A stretch of DNA of 64,000 bases, from assembly GCA_001662655.1 (NCBI GenBank), contig KV460209.1. One strand, given 5' to 3'. Shown piece after piece: positions 22,193 through 32,600 of the stretch (the stretch's first letter is position 1; every line of letters starts with the position of its first letter). This DNA is from Pseudogymnoascus verrucosus. Taxonomy: Eukaryota. A program made the position numbers and the translations under genes. Below the pieces are notes generated by a model. That model saw only the letters and a program-made list of their open reading frames with translations. It had not been told where the DNA came from and searched no databases.

Positions 22193-24344
22193 CTACGCAC
22201 CAACGCCTTCGATCCGCCGTCTCTCCAACAAGCACGGTGATCGCCGATCTTCTTCCGAGTACGCCCTCAACAGTTCATACCCCGACTCGGGACATATAGC
22301 CGTCCCATCCATGACCGCTACCGCGCGGCGTCCTTTCCCTAAATACGCCGGGACGTTTCTTATACCTGCAAACGGTAACTCATTCAGGCATAGCCATTCA
22401 ATGGTGAATTGCCTATTTGATCTCAGGATTAGTGACCTGAAGAAAGCGGGTGAGAACTGTCTGTTAACACTCACCCTTGGTACTCTCTCCCATCTTCTCT
22501 GGGCAACCAATCTTCGCTTGTGGTGTCCCAATCCATGGGACTCGTCATTCTAGCAACGCCGCAGAACTTTTGACTGTTTGAGTTCTATTAGTGGGTGTAT
22601 GATTATGATAACAGGACAGTGGATGAGGCACCTTCTAACTATTGAAAAGAAAATTATGACGTTGCCACCAGACCTCCTGTAACCGTTGTCGAGTCTCGTA
22701 TTCGCATCTTTCATAGCGGACCACTGCCCAAGTGCAAAGCTGGTTTCCATATCTGTTTCATTGTCTGACCGCAGGACAAAGTACTTAGTCTATAAGAGAG
22801 GGATCTGATGTTAGATTATGCGCTAGCCTTTGTGCTTGATACGAAGAAGCTAACCTTGTCAAACGAAAGATCTCGAAATGATAATGCTAGAAGACTGGGG
22901 TCGAAAGGCCGGCCTTCATAAGTGTCAATGACAGTATTATCCGTACCTAGAGTACTAGTTGAACTCTGCGTGCCCTGTGAACTGCGAGAGCCTTGTGTGC
23001 TCTGGCTGCCTCTTGTACTACGAGAACCGCTCGTACTACTACGAGAACCGCTTGTAAGCCGCAGGTTTCCAAAGGTCGACCAAGATAGTAATGGCATGGG
23101 TGAAGATGCGTCAATATCATGGCGTTGGGATGGAATGACTTCATCCTGAACAGAGAGCCTGTGTCTTGATTAGCATCAAACAGGGTGCCAGGGCAGTCAA
23201 TGGACACGCACAAATTCTCTCGTTCCAGAAGAAGCCCCACATCCGCAAACCATGAATGTGAAATAGCTGCCTCTGCTGTTGGTCGATGTATCGGATTTGG
23301 GATTAACAAGAGTTTGATGAAATCTTGACAAGGTTTTGAGATGTTCATGCCCGGTGGTTCGTCAAACCTGAGCGGTTTGATCCCTCGGGTATAATCTTCT
23401 TGATCAGAGCTATAGAGGAACGGATGGGTTAGCAGTAGTTCCATTGTGATCACCCCAATGGCCCAAATATCGACAGATATTGAATACACAGAAATACTGT
23501 GGCTACTTCTAAAGTGACCTTTCAGCTCGGGTGCCATGTATTCGGTGGTACCGAGCTGTGTTTGCAACTGCGTTCCTTCGTGACATTGCTTGCTAATGCC
23601 AAAGTCCGCAATTTTGACAAGCCAGGGGGATGTGGATACTACTAGGATGTTCTATGTTGCAATGAGTGAGTAGACTCAATATCATAAACAGATTACTTAC
23701 CCCTGGCTTCAAATCCCTATGAGCAAAGTTGATCTCGTGCATGAATTTTATCCCCTCAAGAACCTGTCGCGCAACAAGCCCGGTTGTTTTCTCAGGAAAG
23801 GGTCCCTCACGATTTCTAATACGTGCTAAATCTCCAAGTCGACAGTACTCCATCGTGATAAATACAGACTCTGTATTTTCAAACCATCCATAGCTTTGAA
23901 TAAAAAAGTGCTCATACTAAATAGTTAGCCATCCTCTTCTCAAGAAAAAGACCTACCCCGACTTACTTGAGCCTGTGAAAAGTTTGCAACGGCCTGAACT
24001 TCTTTCATATAATCTGGGGTGCTTAATTTTCTGATCTCCTTCACTGCTCGAACTTGGTTTTGGGAAGACTGGGTTGGGTCCGAGATCAGTGGTCGACGTC
24101 GCTCAAACCTCACAATTCCGAAGGAGCCTTGGCCGATGATCGAACCAGGTTCAATATCCCATATTTCTTCAATATCAATGAATAAGTTTTCCTCGGTTTC
24201 CATCGATGACTCTTCCTCAATTCGGGCGAGAGTTTCTCCAGATTTCTTCTTAGGGACGCGTCGCATGTGCTTAACGCCTCCAGCAATAAATTCTGCGTCC
24301 AACCTCAGAGCTGCGACGAGGTCTGAAGTGTCCTCCATTATCAT
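22193..24344 (-). CDS. Ser/Thr protein kinase fused to a C-terminal YTH domain (predicted 7 exons, ~604 aa)
   Basis: Exons 24344-23967, 23916-23701, 23651-23212, 23158-22855, 22789-22632, 22573-22475, 22412-22193 join in frame (1815 nt). Kinase: GQGSFG, RAVKEI, HRDLKPGN, DFG, GTTEYMAPE, DIWAIG. YTH: KYFVLRSDNETDMETSFALGQWS...LDNGYRRSGGNVIIFFSIVRSQKFCGVARMTSPMDW...W...YQGQFTIEWLCLNELPF...DGTAICPESGYELL. Confidence 0.8.
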
Positions 24345-24918
24345 ATCATGCTCAACCTTTTGTATGTTGAGATATATAACTGTGAATATGGTGCCTGTGT
24401 GTCTGTGCCTCGATGCATTGAGAGTTCCGAAAAGATGTTTTCCAAGGAAAATGAACTTGAAAAGGCCGGTGACTATTTTCCTCTTTGAAGTGCATGGACG
24501 AGGAAAGATTAACTTAGATTGACTGCTTAAAGTGCCGCATTATATCCATCGTTACTGATTGTTGGATGTCGCGAATATAAACTCTTTCGGCGGTATGGTT
24601 GATTCCAAGAAGAACAAACAAGGAGTCAGGTCCTAAACTAGACTTTTTGGGGGAAAGAATGGCATGAATTCGCTATTTGAGGCCGCCATGACAGCGTGGC
24701 AGCACAGTTCATATCTTGTGCAGTATAGTACATAGCCGAAATGTGGCTGCGTTGGCGTGGGGGCAGTGTCGACACATCGAAACACAGCCTCGCCACGGGC
24801 AGAAATGAAAGGTCGTCAGGTCTGCCTCGTCGCGCTCAATATCCTGATAAGGTGAGCAACTCCTTGCGCGGCGAAAGATATTTCAATTTTCCGATTGTTA
24901 TGACGAGTGCGGGTTACT
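24345..24918. promoter_or_regulatory. Putative bidirectional promoter between the kinase-YTH and HeLo-like/pseudokinase genes
   Basis: 574 bp between two divergent predicted start codons; TATA-like GATATATAA (~24371) and AATATAAA (~24574). Function is inferred from position only. Confidence 0.5.
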
Positions 24919-26597
24919 ATGGCCGAACTAGGACTTGCAGTCGTGGGGGCCGTGGATATTTGCATTAGGTGAGTTTGTGTGGACAGAGGATGCCGATGAG
25001 TTACTTGAGCTTGTGCTAACATGCACTTAGAGTTGCCAATGAAATAAAAACCACTTGTCGACGATTCAGAATGTATGACGAGGAAATTGAAGAGAAGGCT
25101 ATTTTGGTAGAGGCTGTCTGGGTTAGAATCGAGATACAAATGCGATTCCTCTCCAGAATTTCCGAGCTGCTCGAGGAGGAGCTCGCAAATAGCCAGTTAA
25201 ACTTGCTGCGAAAGCTTGAAGGCAAATTGCTTCAAACCGTTTCCCAACTTAGAGTGCAGAAGCGGGATGGCGATGTTAACGACTTTTCGCCAAAGCAGAA
25301 GATCATGGGCTATCTAAGCAAATGGAGGTGGGCAATCAGGGATAGCCTAAAAGAACTGGCGGCTGAGCTTGAAGCATGGCAGAACCGGTTCGATCCAACC
25401 TGGTATTTGACAATACTCAACAGCAGCAAGGTTCTAGACCTTGAGCTTCGACAAGTGAATGCAGAGTTACCAAACGATCCAGAACTCCGACTCGACTTGC
25501 TAAATAACCAGTTGAACCCACTTATGAACATGCGGAACCTTCGTTACGCGTCAAAGCCGGACTATAAAGCCAGCCTCTACTTCGATGCAACTAAGCTCAG
25601 GGACCCGAGAGAGACCCTGATCATGTTCTCATCTGCTAGAGCAATCCTGCGAGAACAAGATGGGCAAACCAGGCTCCTAATTGTGGAGGCTGTGACGTCT
25701 CCGAATGGAGGCCATGGAACACTTGACATTAGTCAGATTAAGACTGATGTGGAATCATTAGCGGGAAGGCTTCAGCAAGTCGATCCAGGCACATTTTGTC
25801 TACTCCATTGCAAAGGCCTCATGGAGCTCCGAGATGTTACGACTCGAACCCTCAACGGGATTGATATGCTGTATGGCACGCCTAGAAACTGCGCATTACC
25901 TGTTAGCCTTCGTGGACTTCTCCTTGACAGAAGCCTCGTCCCAAGTCTCAGCTCCATTGTCCGGATTGCAAAGCGACAGGTTCGCTCGGTGAGCTTCATT
26001 CACACTTGTGGCTTTGTACATAAGAACATCCGGCCCGAAAACATCTTGGTATTTCCAAGCAAAGACTCGTCGCTAGGTATAACTTTTCTTGTTGGCTTCA
26101 ACCAGTTTCGGCGTGTGAATCAACAAACCAACCTACTGGGAGATCCAGCCTGGCATCGAAATTTATACCGTCATCCTCAACGCCAAGGAATACACGTTTT
26201 GAACCGCTATGTCATGCAACATGACATCTACAGCCTTGGTGTTTGTCTCCTAGAGATTGGGCTATGGCGGTCATTTGTCCACTATCCACTACTGAATATG
26301 AACGCCGCACCAGTTCCACCAGCGTCATTCGAAATTCAGATTAGCGATGAAGACTTCACAGCCCCCCATTTGACTGCTCGATTACGCACCAAAGACCGGT
26401 TCATTGAATTGGCGAAGAGGGATCTTCCGTCAAGAGTCGGGAATGTGTATACTGAAATCGTCCTTGCGTGTCTAACGTGTCTTGATCCAGGAAGTAGAAT
26501 GTTTGGGAATAATAATCAAGAAGATGAAGATGGAATTATCGTCGGAATTAGATTTATAGAGCAGATACTAGCTAGGATCGACAGCATATCAATCTAA
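24919..26597 (+). CDS. HeLo-like (HET-s/prion-inhibition type) N-terminal domain plus degenerate kinase-like domain (~538 aa)
   Basis: Exon 1 24919-24968 (MAELGLAVVGAVDICI), intron GTGAGT...GCTAAC...TAG 24969-25030, exon 2 25031-26597. Helical N-terminus ...LEAWQNRFDPTW; kinase-like part has FVHKNIRPENILVF, FLVGFNQFR, NLYRHPQRQG and HDIYSLGVCLLEIGLW. Confidence 0.8.
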
Positions 26598-28010
26598 TGA
26601 CGAAGATTAGTTAGTGGAATCTGTAGACCCTAATTGTCCTCGGGACGCTGCTTCCTAAACGATAGGATGCAAAGAGGTTTCTTGGGTAAGGGTTTAACTT
26701 CACAGAGGAGGCAGGGGATAAGACACAAAGGGTTCAAATAACACATTGCAGCATATAACAAATAATATATTCAGTTGAACACGAAACTCCTATCTAAAAA
26801 CCAAGTTTCTACTTAAATATTGGCGTCATGCTAAACGGATATATGGATAGCAATGGATATTATAATATATCCTTATATCCTACATATCTAACGACTCCCT
26901 CGACCCTGTTGGGGCCCCAACCCACGGAGCGCCAAATCAAAACCACTCTCTGTCTCTTGTACCGGAGTCCCGAGATATGTAGATCTGTGGTATGTAGATC
27001 TCCCGTATTCGTTGATAATTGGCGTTATCTAACTGCATGCTAACTAGAACATCGACAATTTGAAAATCGCGTACCGGAGTACCGAGAAGTGCACTACGGG
27101 CAATCATTACGAGCGGTATGTCTAGCATGATGGATGATCGAACGTTTATAATAATAGTTATGCATACAGCTGCTATATACAATTGGCTAGTTCCACTGTC
27201 CCCAAAATCTGTGGTGAGAGTAGATCTCTCGTATTCAGTTGATAATCACCGTCATCAGACTGCATGCTAATCTGACTTTGCCTCAAAAGGAAGCTAGGGA
27301 TCGGGCGTTGGTAGCTTGTGTTTATATACGATTAAGATCGTCTTTGTCTCATAACAAGCTAAGCCATGATCACCTTTGGCTTTCCCTTACTCATGGTGCC
27401 TTGACACTGCGGGTGGCTTATACGGCATTGTGGACCTTGCAGAAATCCCCGCGAGACATAAGCATAAGTAGAAGAGATAGTGGAGCAGAGCATAAACGGC
27501 GTAGTTTTTATACAGAATGCCAATTCGAAATGTACTACTCACATATTATTTATGAGGCAATCTACTTACCCAGCGTTACTAAGGGCCTGAGCCTGACCTG
27601 AAGTCCTGGACCCGCCTGTGAGATTCCACCTCAGTGCTGCTTAAGATCACTAACCCGCTGACGTTCTCACTGCCTCATAAAGCCCATCGAGTGCACCATG
27701 CATTGCAAGTTGCTCCAGTTATTCTAATGATACCAAGGCTGCACTGCCGGCTGAGGTCAGATTCACAATTTAGTTGCTTGCCGTTTAGTTATTCAAACGC
27801 TTCTCAGTCCTTGGCGTCGATCGATAGCTCGGCCCCTACCTTCGATAATTGTAGCCAAAAATGTGATATAAAAGCAGGCTATTGTCCTCGCTATAATCAT
27901 CTTCACTACTCTATCGACATCTTCCACATCTACTTCCTCGATATACAATCTCCTTCGATTCTCTCACAGGACCAATATCTCTGTTACCTTAGAATATCAC
28001 AACCGCCATC

Positions 28011-28466
28011 ATGCAACTCTCAACGACCATTCTCGACTTTCTGCTTGTCGCTGCCAGCACTGTTTCTGGCGCCGCAATCGAATCTGACGCCGCAATCGAA
28101 CTCGATTCCCGTGGTCTTGGGATCAACTGCCGAGGCAGCACGCTCTGCAGTGGCGCGGGGTCTCTAAAAGACATCGCCGACAATGTCGCGAAGATCTCGC
28201 AAGATCGTTGGTACAACGCTGGCGAGCTGATTGCCTGTGTGCAAGATTTGGCAGGCTCGGGCAAGTGCGCCTTTTTGCAGGGTAACACCGGAGGATTGCC
28301 GGGAAGTGACATCCTGCCTCTGATCCATTATCTTCAGCAACACGGCTGCGGTGGATGCGGTAGTGTCCCGATCTACTTTGGTCAGGGAGATAACAACCCA
28401 GACACCCACGGCATTCTCACCGTCAACTACAAGAGGAACACCCAGGGATGCAACGGCGCCTGCTGA
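28011..28466 (+). CDS. Secreted KP4 killer-toxin-like protein
   Basis: Signal/pro-peptide, then LGINCRGSxxC, ...HGCGGCGSVP...GILTVNY, the hallmark motifs of Ustilago maydis virus KP4 and fungal KP4-like proteins; TATA-like GATATAAAA ~145 bp upstream. Confidence 0.92.
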   Translation: MQLSTTILDFLLVAASTVSGAAIESDAAIELDSRGLGINCRGSTLCSGAGSLKDIADNVAKISQDRWYNAGELIACVQDLAGSGKCAFLQGNTGGLPGSDILPLIHYLQQHGCGGCGSVPIYFGQGDNNPDTHGILTVNYKRNTQGCNGAC

Positions 28467-29661
28467 ACGGATACGGGTTATGGAACCTCTGGGACCAACA
28501 TTGGCTACGAACTTGACGGATTGGAGAAGGCGCTGAAACTTGCTGAGAGCCAAACTATTTAGATCTTTTTTCTTTTTGTTGTTTCGGTTCGTTTGTTGGT
28601 AGACGGGGTTGTGTTTACATGTTCTAGAAGTTTTAATTGTGCTCTGTTATGTGGGTTTTCCTATGGGGTTTCCCACACTACGAAACGTAAATTGCGGGAG
28701 AAAAAAAAGTTTAATTTAAATACTATATTAAACTCTTAAATTAAGCAGTTGAATTAACTAGTCTCGTTGCAAATAATCCTATGTGGCGGCTAGTAAGTAT
28801 CTCAGTGACATGAGAAACATGCCCAGTTCCCCCCACCGCTTCCTCTTGTATTCGACCTATTATAGTTTCCGCAACATCTTCTCCAGATCTTTAGTTCTTC
28901 AACTCTGAATAACCATCATCTAACTGTGGTCGGAAGCTTGTATGGCTCATTGGCGAGATGATGCGCCGAATGCACCTTGGGGGCTATCGCGCATGTGGTG
29001 AATACAATGAAGTAGTAAATCGATAACGGTGAGAAGAAGGTACCGGTGAGAAGCGTCAACAGTAAGAAGCGATGATGGTAGTGAAAAGTAGAATCTGCTC
29101 GCCTACTCTGAGTCTATCTGGTAGCGTATGCGTCTGCTGCACGTTGCCTTAATGGCCCTCCAATTCGGTCCGCAATCAATTCGAAATCTGAACTCTGAGC
29201 GAAAGAAAAACCGCAAAGTCGCAAAATCCTCAGGTCGCACGCCAACAATTCCATGCAAAGCAATTTTTCCCATATTTTCTAGCCCATCTCCAAGATCTCT
29301 TTCATCTTATGGAGTCGGAGACAATTGCAGCGGCTGATGCGTCTAGAATACCAGTGGGCAGTGCCAGTTATTGGCACTGCTTCCGCGCTGCATCCTCAAT
29401 CTACCCCACCCCCAACAACGTTCCTAGCCTTTCTGGTTACTTGTTGCTCTCTGATAAAGAAGCCAGTATATTCCCCTTTCACTCTCTGTACCTTAATCAA
29501 TATCCACCTCTGCAACTGTGCCGTATCCTCTTGACAAACGAAAATAGAGCCAGCTATTAGCGAATTTTCACAAACGAGAGCTTTGCTTCCCGTACATTAT
29601 CGACTATAATCACTAAATATCCAATCACGCCAGTAAATTACATCCGTCAACCGCCCAGCCT

Positions 29662-32600
29662 TCACCCACCAGCCATCTCACCTCCCTTAGGCGCATTACT
29701 TCCACTCCCCGAATCACTCGCATGTTCACTCCCCCTCCTAAAAGACGGCGTCCTCAAACTCCCAAACCCTCCCGCATCCCTAAAACTTCCCCACCCCTCC
29801 CTCAACTCCCCCCTCGCATCTCTAAAACTCCCTATAGGCCCATTATTGCCACCCATCCATGTCAATCCCGGCCCGAGTCCCAGCACAGGAATATTCGCAT
29901 CATCAACCACCAGACCTGCTGCCGTCGCCGCCGCCTCGCGCGCTCCAGCCGCTCCAGCCTTGAAGACTGGTGGAGTAGGCATTACAGCCGAAGTCGTAGC
30001 CTTCTCCCATACCTCAGCATAGAAGCGGCGTAGTCCCTCAACGTCATTACAGAAGCGTTCCATGTCATCCTTAATCGCAACATCTGGACCCTGCTTCTCC
30101 TTCCCAGCGAAAGTCGGCACCGCGGCGCTCGGCTTCGCGACTGGGCTCGGCTTCAGGCCGGGACTGGCCATGGTGGCACGCAGCATGGGGCTGCTGATGG
30201 GGGTTTGTTGGCGGGGTGGCGGCACGAAGCGGTCGTTGTCGCGGACGATATGGGTGCGGCTATTGAACATCTTATTGCTGGTCAGGAGAAAATCGCCTTC
30301 GTCGGTGATTTGGGCGAAGCCGGTACCGGAGCGGTGGATGTACTGCGAGTAGGCGTAGTTCGGCTTGCCCCAGCTGTAGATCACCTCGACGTTTGTGGGG
30401 AAGTTGGCTGCGGCCTCGGTGTCGAGGACGAAGTTGAACTTCTTCATGATCGCTTTTTGGTAGTAGTGCTTCTGTGGGCTGGATATGGGGGCGAGGCTGG
30501 TGGCGTCGAAGTCGGTAGGCGGTTGTTTTTCAGGGGGTGGGAGGGCGAGTTTGAGATGGTAGGGTGCGCGGAAGGGGTGGCTACTTGAGATTGTGCAAGC
30601 TTCTGCTATTGGAGCTTCGACGAGCCGTAGCCCATACCGGTCAGCTGTGAGAGTCCATGAAGCGATGGCGTCCTCAATGAGCTTTGCAGTGACATTCATC
30701 CAGTCAAGGCGTATATGATAGCAATTGTCAGGGTTGTGGATCCGATCATAATGCAGATTGATACGCTCAGGGCGGTACGAGCGTTTCCGTGGATCGACGT
30801 CGTATTTCATGACATTACTGAGGGATACCTTGGGTTTGCGAGCAGTTGGGGTAGGTGGTTCTGTGCCAGGGTCTGTCGACTTGTTTTCATCATTAATAGA
30901 ATTGGCCTGAGTTCTTTCTGGCTTTGGAGACTCTTTGGGGGCATTCTCGGTCATGGGAGTTGTTGGAACAGAAATATCTTTGGGATCCTTGGTGTCTCTG
31001 CGACGGGGCCCGAATGGCCACCCTGTACGTGTCTCAGGTCGAGGTTTTGCGTGTTCACCAACAACTTGGTAAAAATATTGGCCGTCACGGAAGGGGTGGC
31101 GCTTTTCAACGTGGACAAATATTCCAAAGTCCTTCTCCTTTTCTTTGGAGTCCGTGTTCGCGCGCCTTTCCTCATCGTTAACCATCAACATATTGCCGAA
31201 CTCAATGGCTTCTTCGCGGGTTTCGATATCCTCGATATTCTCCAACAGCCAAGTTGTCATATCGGATCCGATAAAGCAATTATAATGCAGTCTGAAATGC
31301 CACCTTCGATTCTGCATTCTGACTCCACCCTTTTCCACGGGAGCCTGGATAGCTTCAGCCAACATCCCGATATTCAAATTCGATTTCTTGAAACGCTCCT
31401 TTTCAGAAAGAAGCTGGCCACGCTTAATTTGTGCCTCTCCGGTCTCTAATATTGGTAGAGTCTCAAGCTCAGCGGCGATAACAACCGAAGGATCCTGTGT
31501 TTGATACCAAATATCGAGTGGGTTTGGATCTTTCACCCGTCGGCTGGACAGATTTTGAAATCTACGCTCGGATGGCGGAGTGTAACGATGTCTTTGCCAC
31601 ATCTGTGTCAAGGCTTTGATGCCCTCCAATCGAATTTCTTCTTCTGTGTCTTCGCCCTTGGGCCTATGAAGGAAGGCTGGCCGTTCCACGGGAATAAGGA
31701 CAAACCTTGCTCTCCAGTATCGTAGATTATCGGTTATATCCTCATTATGCCCCGCAATAAACGAATCTACATAATTCCAATTATATTCAGGAAGTGGTTT
31801 TTGTAGAGCAACATCGCGACAGGCGTAATCGGAATCGAAGTACGTCCGTATCGCAGGCTTATAGTTTTGAGTCTCGGCATTCTCATTCTGTAAAAACGTG
31901 GCCGATTTCCTTGTAAACATGTTTACTTCGACTTCGGTTCCGTTGACGCACGAAAGTTGGTGGATGATATTCCCCATGGACAAAAATATGCTCGTGCCAT
32001 CCTCAGCAATATGATCATCCTCGAATGCGTTTGCAATCTTCAATGCCTTCTGCCCAAAGGCTTCGGCAACGGCAGTTCCGACGACGATCTGGAACCCATG
32101 TGAAAGTCGCAATGCTACGAGCTCTCTCAGAAATTCTCCTCTTGTCTTCGGCACTTCGAGCATATCTTCGTCTATATTTTGGGATATATTATATGGCTTC
32201 TGCTGGAATTCTGTATCAAGTTGGACTTTAGTCGGGAAATATTCGGTCGTAAGCGGCACTGATGCCGGAGAACACAGGGACTTCCACTTCATCGCCTTTG
32301 TGACAACAGGACCGGGAAATATGTGTTGCCATCGTTTATATTGGCTTGCATCATTGTCAGCAGCAGTGGGGTTTGATGGGTTGAGAACATTCAGCCATGG
32401 AGAGAGCGCTACGGTCTGTGGAAGAGATGCAAAATCGGATGCTGGTCCTGCCAACAGCTTCGATTTTGAAGTTCGTATAGTGTCGTTCGATAGTAGCTTC
32501 TGTAGTGTTGGTAGGTCGTCATCATCCCTGACCTCTCCTCCTTCATACAATGATCCCAAAATCGACCTGGCCTGTGATTGGGGGTTCGCCTCAAAGCCCG

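Noticed and set aside
29300..29560. Protein-like fragments (CQLLALLPRCILNL; LLLSDKEASIFPF) downstream of IML1
   Set aside because: The fragments are in different frames and too short to assign; at most a decayed pseudogene
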